DNA of 48,390 bases from a virus (lineage: Duplodnaviria > Caudoviricetes). The translations under genes were made by a program, and so were the position numbers. Below are positions 18,779-28,100 of this stretch, piece after piece (the first letter of the stretch is position 1; the number at the start of each line of letters is the position of its first letter). The stretch is from positions 1 through 48,390 of IMG/VR virus record IMGVR_UViG_3300037408_000837; one strand, written 5' to 3'. Under the pieces are notes generated by a model. The model did no database searches. It saw only the letters and a program-made list of their open reading frames with translations, and was not told the DNA's origin.

Positions 18779-19152
18779 CAGACCAGCTCCTCGTCCTCAA
18801 CCGCGACGTCTTCGCCGGTGGAGGCCTTCGCGTGGAAGCTCACGGCGACCGAGCGCGCGGCGTTGTCCAGCGTCACGGTGACCGCGCCGCACGAGACGAT
18901 GTCCGGGCTCGCCAGGATCTCGCGGCGCAGGATGCCGCCGACGTCGGTCGTGCTCACGCCCTTGAGCGCAAGGATCTCCTGGAGCCAGGGTACGCCCTTG
19001 GTGGTGTCGGTGAAGACCTCGCCCAGGAACGTGCGCAGCCGCGACAGCAGCGTCTGCTTGATCGCGTCGACACCCTCGAGGATGACCTGGCGACCGTTGA
19101 CGTCGGCGAGGTCGCCGGTGTCGGGGTCGAGCATCACGGTGGTGATCGTCAT
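18778..19152 (-). CDS. Baseplate wedge gp25/gp46-like protein
   Basis: TGDL...Q....RLR.FLGE.F.D...GVPW. Confidence 0.8.
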   Translation of the reverse strand: MTITTVMLDPDTGDLADVNGRQVILEGVDAIKQTLLSRLRTFLGEVFTDTTKGVPWLQEILALKGVSTTDVGGILRREILASPDIVSCGAVTVTLDNAARSVAVSFHAKASTGEDVAVEDEELV

Positions 19153-19676
19153 GGCGGCACGCTGATCGGATTCGAGAACGGTCGCAGGCCCGGAATGAAG
19201 ACCGCGTCACTCAGCGCGTGGTGCCGATCGTCGAGCGGGTCAACGAGGCCGCCCTTCGAGAGCCAGATGTCGAGCGAGTCGTCGGCGAAGACCAGCAGGC
19301 CGGTGTCGCCGACCTCAACGGGCACGACCAGGTCGGCGCCGGCTGGCACGGACGGCCGCACCACTGACCAGGCCAGAGCCTGGGCCTGCAGCCCGTTGAA
19401 GGCCAGCTCGAGCTGGTCGAGGTAGGCCTTGAGCGCCGCGAACGCCGGCGCCGCCGGGTGCATCACGGGCACATTGCAGATCACCGGCGGGACTGGCGCC
19501 TGGCGCGTACCAGTCTCGTCCTCGTACCCGCGTTTGACGAGCGGCTCGATATCCGCGCGCTGCTTGTCCGCGCTCAGGGTCTTGATCCGGCCCGGGCCCG
19601 CCACGCGCAGGTCCGCGCCGGAGGCCGCCAGCCGCTCCGACATCGCCTCACCGGGGCCCGCGACGCGCGCCGTCAT
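19149..19676 (-). CDS. Gp138-like baseplate spike N-terminal domain protein
   Basis: PGRI...ADIEPL...NVPV..P; PV..GD.GLLVFAD..LD.W...G...R.H.LSDAVFIPG. Confidence 0.78.
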   Translation of the reverse strand: MTARVAGPGEAMSERLAASGADLRVAGPGRIKTLSADKQRADIEPLVKRGYEDETGTRQAPVPPVICNVPVMHPAAPAFAALKAYLDQLELAFNGLQAQALAWSVVRPSVPAGADLVVPVEVGDTGLLVFADDSLDIWLSKGGLVDPLDDRHHALSDAVFIPGLRPFSNPISVPP

Positions 19677-20533
19677 ACCGGCACCGCCTCGCAGTCAGAC
19701 ACCCAGTCCTTGCCGCCCTGCGTGTCCCCGGTGTGCTCCACTTTCTGGAGGACGAAGACGCCCTTCGCGTCCTCCGCCTCGAGCTGCACTCGCCCGCCCG
19801 GCACGAGCTGCGCCTGGAGCAACGACTGGAACTTGAGCGTCCGCTTCCCGCCCTTCTTCTCCGGCGACCCCCACTTCGGCGACCCGATGAGCCCGGTCAA
19901 CGGCGTGAGCAGGATCGCCGGCTTCGCCACGTAGCCGACAGCCGGCAGGATCTGGATCGCGCCGCCCTGCACGCTCCAGGTCAGGTGCTCCGCCGCGAGG
20001 ACCTCGGTCAGGGAGCGCTGCACCTGGCCGTCAACCGAGTAGCCGTTGACAGCCTGGCCCGTGAGCGCGTTGTAGTAGTCGGGGGCGTTTCCCGGGTCGA
20101 GCCCGCACTGCGCCACGAGGCGCCGGAGGATGTCCCCTCGCGTCGTGCCGGGAGCGAAGCTCTCCGCTGCCCGCGCATGCTTGTAGGCACGGGCCCCGTC
20201 ACCCAGCTCGAGCTCGAGCAGCGAGTCAGGCTCCTCCCGGCTGGCCTGGGCATAGGTCACGTCACCCTGGAATATCTCGCCCACCGCGCCGATGTAGCCG
20301 GCCGAGAGCCACACCCGCGCGTCCTTACCCGGCGAGAACTGCGCGCGGGTCGCCGGCGCGAGGTTGTAGATCGTGATCTTGGAGTGGCTGGGTTCCTTCT
20401 TCAGGGTCCGCTTGACCTTGAAGACCACCCGCAGCGCCTCGATGCTGATGGCCTGCTGGACGTTCGCCCTATACCCCGTCGGCAACGGCGGGGCGACTTG
20501 CAGCCGCATTTGGCGCTGCCAGGCGAGCGTCAT
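19673..20533 (-). CDS. Baseplate hub protein (gp27/gp44-like)
   Basis: LRV.F.V.R......P....I.IYNL; L.AGY....IF.G; WS.Q.G; TGLIGSP; H.GDT.G..W. Confidence 0.8.
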   Translation of the reverse strand: MTLAWQRQMRLQVAPPLPTGYRANVQQAISIEALRVVFKVKRTLKKEPSHSKITIYNLAPATRAQFSPGKDARVWLSAGYIGAVGEIFQGDVTYAQASREEPDSLLELELGDGARAYKHARAAESFAPGTTRGDILRRLVAQCGLDPGNAPDYYNALTGQAVNGYSVDGQVQRSLTEVLAAEHLTWSVQGGAIQILPAVGYVAKPAILLTPLTGLIGSPKWGSPEKKGGKRTLKFQSLLQAQLVPGGRVQLEAEDAKGVFVLQKVEHTGDTQGGKDWVSDCEAVPV

Positions 20534-20889
20534 GCGTTCTCTTCCATGAGCGCCAGGATGTCCTCGGCGTCGCGGTAGTAGAGCTTCACCCGCCCGCCCA
20601 GGTCGTAGCGTCCGGGCCGGAGGCCGGCGTTGGACGTGTCGGCCGCGGAGAGATGCCCCGGGGGGAGGCGCGAATCACTGTCGCGGAAGCCGCGGAGCAT
20701 GAGCGGCCAATCGATCACGACCTTGCGGCTCGCCGTGATCACGTCGCCCTCGGCCGTCGAGATGTCCAGGTACCAGGCCTCAGCGCGCGCGTTCCAGCGG
20801 AACGTCAGCAACAGCGCCACGCCGTCAAGCGTGACCTGGACGTCGAAGTACGCGTCGACGCTGTCGAGAGGAATCTCGAGGGTGGCCAT
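20530..20889 (-). CDS. Baseplate plug-like protein
   Basis: V.LDG......RWN.R...WY.DI; conserved position. Confidence 0.7.
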   Translation of the reverse strand: MATLEIPLDSVDAYFDVQVTLDGVALLLTFRWNARAEAWYLDISTAEGDVITASRKVVIDWPLMLRGFRDSDSRLPPGHLSAADTSNAGLRPGRYDLGGRVKLYYRDAEDILALMEENA

Positions 20890-20891
20890 CG

Positions 20892-21422
20892 TCAGCCCCC
20901 ACTACTCCGCCACTGGCCAATGAGTGCCGGATTTCTCGTGTAGAAAGCATCACGGAGCTGCGGCGGCGGCTGCGGCGCCTGGTTCACCGCCGTGGTTGAC
21001 TGCGGGCCCTTGCTCTTCTTGCTCGTCGTCCGCTTTACCGCCACGGTCGTCAACTGCAGCTCGACCTGCGTGACACGCCGGAAGGACGCCTTGACGAACA
21101 GCGCCTCGCCGGTCGTGTGGTCTTCGTTGAACTCGAACGTGGTCAGCGAGTAGTTGTCGTAGAAGTCGTACCCCGCGACGATGGTGACGAGCTGCTCGCG
21201 CAGATCGTTGAACTGCTGGTAGGCGGTCTGCGCGCTCCCCGCAATCTCCGCGTCGGTGACCAGCCCCTCGATCTCCAGCTCCTCGGGCTGGCTCGACGCG
21301 TTGTCGGAGATCTTGCCGCCCTTCTCCACGGGCAGCTTCGTCACCTCGACGTCCGCCTTGTACTTGAACTTGAGCAAGGCGTCGAGCTCGATGATCACGT
21401 TGTTGGGTGCCTGGATGAGCAT
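20892..21422 (-). CDS. Tail tube initiator / Dit-like protein
   Basis: VT..PVE.G..ISD.A...P..L.I.G.VTD; follows tape measure. Confidence 0.75.
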   Translation of the reverse strand: MLIQAPNNVIIELDALLKFKYKADVEVTKLPVEKGGKISDNASSQPEELEIEGLVTDAEIAGSAQTAYQQFNDLREQLVTIVAGYDFYDNYSLTTFEFNEDHTTGEALFVKASFRRVTQVELQLTTVAVKRTTSKKSKGPQSTTAVNQAPQPPPQLRDAFYTRNPALIGQWRSSGG

Positions 21423-23068
21423 CAGTAGCTCGCCTGCACTTCCCGCCACATCGACATGTTCGCTTCCTCGACGATGGAGCGAACCTTGTTCTCGTCGGTG
21501 GCGCCGTTGATGACCACCGACTGATTGACGCTGACGTTCTTGTCACCAGGGGGCAGCGACTGCGGGCCCTCCGGGATCGAAGGTGCGGGGATCGATGGCA
21601 TCGGCGCCGCGTAGATCGGCTCGCCGTTGGGACCGCTCGCGACGGGCTGTGGACCCGCCGGACCACCTGCGAGGCCCTGAATCACCGCGGGCAAGCGGAA
21701 CGCGCCGGCGCCGAGGTTCTTCACCAGGTCGAGAATGCCCGTGCTCTGCCCGGTCACTGGGCCAGCCAGGGCGCGCGTGGGACTTTTGCCGCGGGCCATG
21801 GCCATGCCGAGAGGGCCAGCTAGCGGGCCCATGAGGTCGAGCGCCTTCAAGATGAACTCGTCGATGGCCTGGAGCCACGCCTCGACGGGGATGATGGACT
21901 TCATGGCCTGCTCGACGTCGTAGGCCCACTCCTTCAGCTTCTCGGAGGACGTCGTGAACATGTCACCGATGAGCGAGTCGCCACCCTTCGACCAAACCCA
22001 GATACTCTCCAGTACCTCGAATAGAAACTTGAGTGGCGCAACCGATGCCTCAACCGCGGCAATGAACGGCTGCAGCGAGTAGTACGCCAGCTTGAACGCC
22101 CCCGCGATCCCCTCCACCGTCATCTGCACCCGCTGGTCGATGATCTGCTTGTTCGCCTTGTACCAGTCGACGAAGGCCTTCACCGTCTCGTTCAGGAGCG
22201 GCATCAGGTCCTTCGCCAGCATGTTGCGGAAGCCTTCGAGGATCGACGTCGTCCGCGTCCAGTTGTCGTTGAACTCGACCGACGTCTTGATCTGGTCCTC
22301 GCTCATCACGAGGTTGAACTTCGCCGCCTCGTCCCCCGCCTCCTTGAGCCCCTTACCGCCGGCGCTCAGCAGCGGCAACAGGTCTGCCCACGACTTGCCG
22401 ATCTTCTTCGCCACCGCGATGCGCTCCGTCGGCGGCAGCTTGACCAGCCGGTCGGAGATCGTCTCCAGCATCTGCGCCGGCGACTGGCCCTTGAGGTCGC
22501 GCCACGTCAGGCCCAGCGCGCGCAGCGTCTTGATCTGCTCCCCACCCCCCTTGCGCGCGTCCTCGTAGGTGTCCGCCACCTGCTGCAGCGCGGCCTTGAG
22601 ATCCTGGGCCCCGGCGCCCGCCATCTTCCCCGCGTAGGCCAGGCGCTGCCACTCGTCGGTCGAGATGCCCGTGCGCTGCGCCATCTTGTCGGCTTCGTCG
22701 GCGACCTTGGCGCTCGCGAGGGCCAGCTTCGTCAGCCCCGCCGTGATGGCAGCCACGACCGCGACGCCCGCGCCGATCCCGGTGAGCGCGCCGCCCAGGC
22801 CCCCCTTGCCGAGCCCGCCGGCCAGGTCCCCGAGCGAGCCTCCGGCGCCGTCGACCCCGCTCTTGATGCTGTCGAACAGGCCGCCGAACTGCTGCTCGAC
22901 CCGGGCGAGCCCGGAGCTCAGCGACTTGCCCGCGGCCTTCCCAGCGGCAGTCGGCGCGAGGTTCCCCTTGAGGTGCTCGATCGACGCCTCGGCCTGCTTG
23001 AAGCCGGACTTGTCGACCTTGAGGACGAACTTCGCGCTGACTTCGCGGATGGACTTGCCGGCGGCCAT
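21422..23068 (-). CDS. Tape measure protein
   Basis: Ala/Gly-rich helical protein, KMAQRTGIST...QRL.YA; position after chaperones. Confidence 0.85.
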   Translation of the reverse strand: MAAGKSIREVSAKFVLKVDKSGFKQAEASIEHLKGNLAPTAAGKAAGKSLSSGLARVEQQFGGLFDSIKSGVDGAGGSLGDLAGGLGKGGLGGALTGIGAGVAVVAAITAGLTKLALASAKVADEADKMAQRTGISTDEWQRLAYAGKMAGAGAQDLKAALQQVADTYEDARKGGGEQIKTLRALGLTWRDLKGQSPAQMLETISDRLVKLPPTERIAVAKKIGKSWADLLPLLSAGGKGLKEAGDEAAKFNLVMSEDQIKTSVEFNDNWTRTTSILEGFRNMLAKDLMPLLNETVKAFVDWYKANKQIIDQRVQMTVEGIAGAFKLAYYSLQPFIAAVEASVAPLKFLFEVLESIWVWSKGGDSLIGDMFTTSSEKLKEWAYDVEQAMKSIIPVEAWLQAIDEFILKALDLMGPLAGPLGMAMARGKSPTRALAGPVTGQSTGILDLVKNLGAGAFRLPAVIQGLAGGPAGPQPVASGPNGEPIYAAPMPSIPAPSIPEGPQSLPPGDKNVSVNQSVVINGATDENKVRSIVEEANMSMWREVQASY

Positions 23069-23072
23069 CAGA

Positions 23073-23297
23073 TCACTCCTCGGCCGCTTCCTCGAGCGCG
23101 TCGAGCCACTCGTTGTAATCCAGCACGAGGCACATGTCCCACGACCGGTTGATCTCCTCGAGTGAAGCGACTCCCTTCAGCACGAGCCGGTCGACGGGCC
23201 ACGTCGCCGCGAGGCGCTCTACCCCTCGGAGGGGACGGCGGGGTCGACCACTGCTGGCTCGGCTTTGCCTTTGCCGGGCCGTGCGCTGAAAAAACCC
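23073..23297 (-). CDS. Tail assembly chaperone GT extension (reached by -1 frameshift)
   Basis: -1 frame after G GGT TTT is open to TGA 23073-23075: ...WPVDRLVLKGVASLEEINRSWDMCLVLDYNEWLDALEEAAEE. Confidence 0.8.
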   Translation of the reverse strand, partial: GFFQRTARQRQSRASSGRPRRPLRGVERLAATWPVDRLVLKGVASLEEINRSWDMCLVLDYNEWLDALEEAAEE

Positions 23298-23566
23298 GCG
23301 AAGTTCACCTCCAGCGCGAAGGCCAGAACGCTGACCATGTCGCCCATCTTGCCGGAGAGCACCTCGTCGATGACCGGCAGGAGCTGCTCGCCGTCGATCG
23401 TCGCGGTCTCCAGCAGGGTGTCGACCAGGTCCTCGGGCAGGTCGAGCGGAGTCTGAAAGCCGGTCGACCGCCGGAGCTGCTGGATGCGCCCCAGCGCGGC
23501 GAACTGCCGCCGAGCCGGCAGGCGCTGCAGCTCGTACTTTTTCCCGCCGATCACGCGCTCGGGCAT
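23219..23566 (-). CDS. Tail assembly chaperone G
   Basis: MPERVIGGKKYEL...ALEVNFAGFF; between tube and tape measure. Confidence 0.8.
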   Translation of the reverse strand: MPERVIGGKKYELQRLPARRQFAALGRIQQLRRSTGFQTPLDLPEDLVDTLLETATIDGEQLLPVIDEVLSGKMGDMVSVLAFALEVNFAGFFSARPGKGKAEPAVVDPAVPSEG

Positions 23567-23988
23567 CAGACCATGCTCCCGATGGTGCTGTCGGCCGCGA
23601 GGCTCTCGACGGTCCACATGACCTTCGGGTGATCGGTCCCGCGCTCGACCTTCGGCATCTTCACGAAGCGGCAGCGATGTGCCGCCACCTTCGTGGTCCC
23701 CTTGACCTCCTTGAAGAGGCACTCGAACGCGGGCGCCGGGACCGCGCGCTGCACGTTCCGCTTCGCCGACAGGACGTCGTTGTCGGCCGAGTCCCCGCGG
23801 GTCGTGAAGGTGATCTTGACGCCGTGGTCCTTCTGCTTGACCCAGTTGGCGCCCGTGGCCCCGTGGTAGGACTTGAAGTCGTCCTCGTTCGCCTCGATCT
23901 CGATCATGGTGCCGTCGTCGAAGGCGGTGACGCGGTAGCCGTCGATGATGAGGATCGAGTTGTAGGGATCGAATGCGTAGTTCGCCAT
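23566..23988 (-). CDS. Tail tube protein (DUF3277-like)
   Basis: YAFDP....IIDG..VT.F.DG..I; G..G; follows sheath. Confidence 0.8.
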   Translation of the reverse strand: MANYAFDPYNSILIIDGYRVTAFDDGTMIEIEANEDDFKSYHGATGANWVKQKDHGVKITFTTRGDSADNDVLSAKRNVQRAVPAPAFECLFKEVKGTTKVAAHRCRFVKMPKVERGTDHPKVMWTVESLAADSTIGSMV

Positions 23989-24009
23989 GTCCGTGCTCCT
24001 CGCTCCTCG

Positions 24010-25368
24010 TTACAGCGTGACCGTCCCCGACCCGCTGACCGTGTGGATCCCGCTGGAGGTCGTCGCCGTGTAGCCGACGCCGTCCAGGAAGCGCGCCGCC
24101 TTGTCGGCGTCCGAGATGTCGTCGAGGTCCGGCATCACGACCACCGGCTTCGGCTCGGCCAAGAAGAAGCGATCCTCGACCGCCTCGTCGAGCACCTTGG
24201 AGATCGCCGCCTCGACCGTGGCCAGGCCGCCCTCGTCCATCGGGGTCTTGTCCTGCTCGCGGAGGTTGCCGAAGATCTCCTCGGCCATCCTCGCGTGGTA
24301 GTAGTCGAGACCGTGCACCAGGTCGAGCCACGAGGTCCCGGTCCAGCCGCCGAAGACGTTGTTCGTGCCCCCGAGCTGGACGTAGAAGCTGCACCGCTTC
24401 GCCTTCAGGTTGACGATGTGCGAGTCGGTCGGGGCGTCCACCACGACGGTCGCGAGCGTCTTCAGGTGGATGTCGAAGGACCCCGGCGGGTCGGCCGCCA
24501 GGAGCTGCGACATCTCGGCGGCGTCCATCGCCTCGACCGGCGCGGAGTGCGAGGCGACGCCCGTGCGCCGGATGCCGTTGTTGACGATCGACGCGGCGGC
24601 GTCGTCGCCGGCGGCGAGGGTGGTCGTCAGGATCGAGCTGTCGTTGCTGGCCGGCGCGAAGATCTTCTTGTTCGCCTCCGCCCAGTCCGCGATCGTCTCG
24701 ATCTCGTCGGTCGAGTTGAACATGTTGATGATGCCGTACCAGGCCGCCGACTCGAGCTTGATCGCGTCGAGGTCCTCGGTCAGGTAGTCGTTCGACGGCG
24801 TCGCCGGGGCGTCGTGGTTCTGCACGATGCCGAGGAGGGCCAGGTTGTCGACCTGCACCGAGATCCAGGTGCCCGCGGCGTCCGCGGTGATGTTCAGGTA
24901 CTCGGCCCCTGGGTCCCCGGCGGCGGCTGCGGTGTACCCGCTGGCCGGCGCGCCGAGAGCGTTCCAGGCGTCCCGTAGCCCCTCGATGATCTCGTCGTTC
25001 GTGGCGCTGGCGTCCGACGTGTAGGAGCACGTCAGGTCGGTCGTGCCGTTGCTCACGTTGAGCACGTAGGCGCGCTCGTTGGCGACCGCGTACACGTCGA
25101 CGCGGTACCGCTGTGTCGGCGCCGTCCGCTTGCCGACGGCCAGCAGCGACGGGTGGGGGTCCTGCGCGAAGTACGCCGTCGCGTAGAGCACCTCGGGATC
25201 GGTCGACGCGAAGTCGTCCGCCATCGCGGTCGTGCTGGCGTAGAACTTCACCAGCTCCGGGCCCGGGAGGTTCGGCGACAGGAGCAGCCCCGTGTCGAAG
25301 CCCGCGGCCTCGACGCCCTGGGTCTGGTCACTGAGAGCGAAGTTGACGACGAGATCGATCTCGGCCAC
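24010..25368 (-). CDS. Tail sheath protein (DUF3383-like)
   Basis: YASTTAM..DF....PE...A..YFAQ.P.P; K.L..V; D...GLD; K.P..E.G; SGIH.V...GTV. Confidence 0.88.
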   Translation of the reverse strand: MAEIDLVVNFALSDQTQGVEAAGFDTGLLLSPNLPGPELVKFYASTTAMADDFASTDPEVLYATAYFAQDPHPSLLAVGKRTAPTQRYRVDVYAVANERAYVLNVSNGTTDLTCSYTSDASATNDEIIEGLRDAWNALGAPASGYTAAAAGDPGAEYLNITADAAGTWISVQVDNLALLGIVQNHDAPATPSNDYLTEDLDAIKLESAAWYGIINMFNSTDEIETIADWAEANKKIFAPASNDSSILTTTLAAGDDAAASIVNNGIRRTGVASHSAPVEAMDAAEMSQLLAADPPGSFDIHLKTLATVVVDAPTDSHIVNLKAKRCSFYVQLGGTNNVFGGWTGTSWLDLVHGLDYYHARMAEEIFGNLREQDKTPMDEGGLATVEAAISKVLDEAVEDRFFLAEPKPVVVMPDLDDISDADKAARFLDGVGYTATTSSGIHTVSGSGTVTL

Positions 25369-25379
25369 TGGAAACCTCC

Positions 25380-25934
25380 CTAGCTTCCCACCGTGACGTC
25401 GAACGTCTCCGGCGGCGTGATGACGTTGTCAGTGATGCGCACCGTCTCGATTGCGGGCAGCTCCTCGATGACGAGGCCGCGCACGAAGGCGGTGCAGTCC
25501 ATGCTCGCGCGCGGGCCCAGGTCGTTCGCCCCCTGCACGCCGCCGTGCTCCTCGACCTGCTCGAGCTCGCCCAGGCCGACGCCAGCCTCGCGCAGCGCGC
25601 GGCGAATGGACGGCAGCGCCGCCCCGGCCTGCACGGTCAGCAGCAGCGAGGTCGGGTCTTCCCCGCCCCACGCCTGGATGGTGAAGGTGAGCTCGTAGCT
25701 GTTCTCGACCTGCACCTCGAGCGGATACTCCGGCGGATCGGGCTCGGGGTCGAGCGTCACCGTCTGCTGCTGGGGCTGCCCGATCTGGCGCAGCGCGGCG
25801 AGGTGCAGCGTGAAGTACGGCGGCGGCAGACGCAGGCCGATCATCTTCTGGGTCCACACGACCAGCTCGGCGTCCACGCCGCTCGCGGCCACGACCCAGG
25901 CGGAGATCGCCGTCTTGATGGCGGTGAGGTTCAC
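25380..25934 (-). CDS. Neck / tail terminator protein
   Basis: Position before sheath; W..Q....P.PY.TL. Confidence 0.7.
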   Translation of the reverse strand: MNLTAIKTAISAWVVAASGVDAELVVWTQKMIGLRLPPPYFTLHLAALRQIGQPQQQTVTLDPEPDPPEYPLEVQVENSYELTFTIQAWGGEDPTSLLLTVQAGAALPSIRRALREAGVGLGELEQVEEHGGVQGANDLGPRASMDCTAFVRGLVIEELPAIETVRITDNVITPPETFDVTVGS

Positions 25935-26311
25935 TTGCGGACCTTCGACACGAACCAGGTCTTCTTGAGCAGGTTGCCGGTGCGAACCAGCCCCATCTTC
26001 CCGATCATGGCCCGCATGTCGTTCTTGACCTGCAGGCCGAACTCGTCGACGGACGCCTTCAGATCCTTGCCCGCAAGGACCCTGTCCATTGCCTGACCCA
26101 TCTCGGTGACGTAGTCGCCGTGTTTTTCGAGCGTCTCGGTCATGAACGGCCGCTTGCGCATCTTCTTCGTGCCGCTCTCGTGGAACGCCGCGTAGGCATC
26201 ACCGCCGCGCCGGTTCTTCGCCTTGTTGACGACGCGCACGGTCGCGGTCCGCCCAGCGACGTCGCGCAGGCCAGCCCACCCGCGATCCTGGTCGGTGACC
26301 TTGATGGCCAT
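25931..26311 (-). CDS. Neck protein (HK97 gp10-like)
   Basis: D.DRGW; YA.FHE.GT....RPF; TGNL. Confidence 0.7.
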   Translation of the reverse strand: MAIKVTDQDRGWAGLRDVAGRTATVRVVNKAKNRRGGDAYAAFHESGTKKMRKRPFMTETLEKHGDYVTEMGQAMDRVLAGKDLKASVDEFGLQVKNDMRAMIGKMGLVRTGNLLKKTWFVSKVRK

Positions 26312-26616
26312 CAGAGCACCGCCACGGAGCGGCCCAGAGTCCGCAGCAGGCGCCGGAACTCGCGGCCGTAGGAGGTCGCCTCGAGGTCGCCGTTCACGTC
26401 GCGCTTGTGGGTGCCGACCTGCTCGCTCTGGTAGTTCGGGGCGCCGCGGATCGTCCCGAGGTGCGCGGCGAGGAAGGTCTGGCCGGAGGCGAGGCGGGTG
26501 CCCCAGATGGCGGAGGAGAGTTGCTCGGCCACCTGGGCGAGGATCGCCGTCTGAGCCGTCAGCGGGACTGCCGACAGCTCAGGGGCAATGGCGACCACAT
26601 CGGCCCAGGTGACCAT
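26311..26616 (-). CDS. Head-tail adaptor (DUF4054-like)
   Basis: APEL...WG......LAAH...L..T.YG.EF.RL. Confidence 0.78.
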   Translation of the reverse strand: MVTWADVVAIAPELSAVPLTAQTAILAQVAEQLSSAIWGTRLASGQTFLAAHLGTIRGAPNYQSEQVGTHKRDVNGDLEATSYGREFRRLLRTLGRSVAVL

Positions 26617-26628
26617 GGAGCGTCACGG

Positions 26629-27576
26629 CTACGCCGCGGCGGTGATGCCGTCGCCGTACGCCAGACCCTTCGGCCTGTAGCAGCACACGCCGACCGTGCG
26701 CGCCACGCACGCGGTGTAGAACAGGAGGCCGCCGTTGCGGCTCTCCATCGGCAGCGCCTGGAACTCGGCCGGGATGATGTGCTCGAGCACCTCGGGGCTG
26801 CGGCGGTAGGCGACCATGCGCCCCACGCCCGCGTCGCCCGCGTAGTCCGCGGCGACCCAGGGGACCACCGTGCGGATGTACTGCGAGCCCGCCAGGAAGA
26901 CCTCGAGGATCGACCGGCTCTCGTAGTCGTTGAAGGGGGTCGTGTTGATGAGCGCGAAGGCCGTGCTCGGGATGACGAGGGTGTCGGGCTGCTCGACCTC
27001 GTTCGTGTCGGTGATGATCTGCTGCGCGACGCCGTTCATGTCGCGCAGGATCAGCGAGCCCGACTTGGCGGACCACAGCTTCGAAGCGCCCGTGCCGTCC
27101 GCGGGCACCGTGTACGTGCAGGTCCCCGTCTGGTTGAAGAGCCCCCTGAGGGCGTGGTCGGTGTTCCCGGACTGGGCGATCTCGTCGAGGAACTGCTCGA
27201 TGGCGCGCCGCGCGGCCGCGCCCTTGCGCTGGTCGAGCGGGACGCCGGCGTACTGCGCGGCGAGCAGCTCCTGGCGGCTGAAGCTGTACGAGGCGCCGAG
27301 CGAGTACGGCTTGATGGTCGTCTCGGTCGAGGTGGTGTCGACGCTCGGCAGGTCGTTCGCCTTGTCGCCGATCCAGTCGGCCTTCCCCTTGAGGTCGTAC
27401 TGGCGGTACGTGATCGACTCGGCCCCCTCGGGGACCTCGTTGTTGGTCGGGATGAGCTGCCGGCCCTTGAACGGGATGGTGGGCGGCGCGAGCGCCGCGG
27501 CGCGCACGTACTCGAGCTGGCCCGCGACGAAGGCGCTGTCCACGTCGAGGCGAAGGTTCTTGCGGTCCATGGTCAT
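26629..27576 (-). CDS. Major capsid protein (DUF2184 family)
   Basis: QLEYV; P.GA.S.TY; DLP.VD; EL.AA...G.PLD..K..AARRA; GL.N. Confidence 0.9.
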   Translation of the reverse strand: MTMDRKNLRLDVDSAFVAGQLEYVRAAALAPPTIPFKGRQLIPTNNEVPEGAESITYRQYDLKGKADWIGDKANDLPSVDTTSTETTIKPYSLGASYSFSRQELLAAQYAGVPLDQRKGAAARRAIEQFLDEIAQSGNTDHALRGLFNQTGTCTYTVPADGTGASKLWSAKSGSLILRDMNGVAQQIITDTNEVEQPDTLVIPSTAFALINTTPFNDYESRSILEVFLAGSQYIRTVVPWVAADYAGDAGVGRMVAYRRSPEVLEHIIPAEFQALPMESRNGGLLFYTACVARTVGVCCYRPKGLAYGDGITAAA

Positions 27577-27582
27577 GTCTCC

Positions 27583-28098
27583 TTACGCGCTCGGCGTGAC
27601 GGTCGACGCGGCCTGCTTGTTCATGACGTCGATCTCGGCCAGCGCGAGCGAGCCGGCGCCGGTCGCCGCCGTCAGGAACTTGATCTGGGCGCTCGTCTCG
27701 AGCGTCTCGTCGGTGACGTCGGCCTTCAGGATGCGGCCCGGCGCGGTCACGTAGTCGACGTAGCCGCGGTCGCCCACGGCCACGGTCTCGCCGACCACGA
27801 CCCAGACCCGACCCTTGTTGACGATGTTCAGCTCGCGGTCCGCCTTGATGCCCGTGGTCCCGAGGTCGTCGGTCGGGTCGTAGGCGTGCGAGTGGGCGAC
27901 GATGCCGACGAAGGCGTCGTCGCTGGTCGAGGGGAGCAGCGCCCCCTTCTCGGCGGTGCCCTGGACGACGGCGTAGCCGAAGGGGATCTCCGCGCTGGCC
28001 TCCTCGTTGAAGAAGCTGCGGATGTCGGCGACGCCCAGGTCGGCGAGCTGGCCGGCGATGGACGCCGTCATGGTGGTGCTGTAGTCGGTGATCGCCAT
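27583..28098 (-). CDS. Capsid decoration/cement protein
   Basis: AGQLAD...IPFG.AV..G; G.VWV; between DUF2213 and MCP. Confidence 0.78.
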   Translation of the reverse strand: MAITDYSTTMTASIAGQLADLGVADIRSFFNEEASAEIPFGYAVVQGTAEKGALLPSTSDDAFVGIVAHSHAYDPTDDLGTTGIKADRELNIVNKGRVWVVVGETVAVGDRGYVDYVTAPGRILKADVTDETLETSAQIKFLTAATGAGSLALAEIDVMNKQAASTVTPSA

Positions 28099-28100
28099 GG

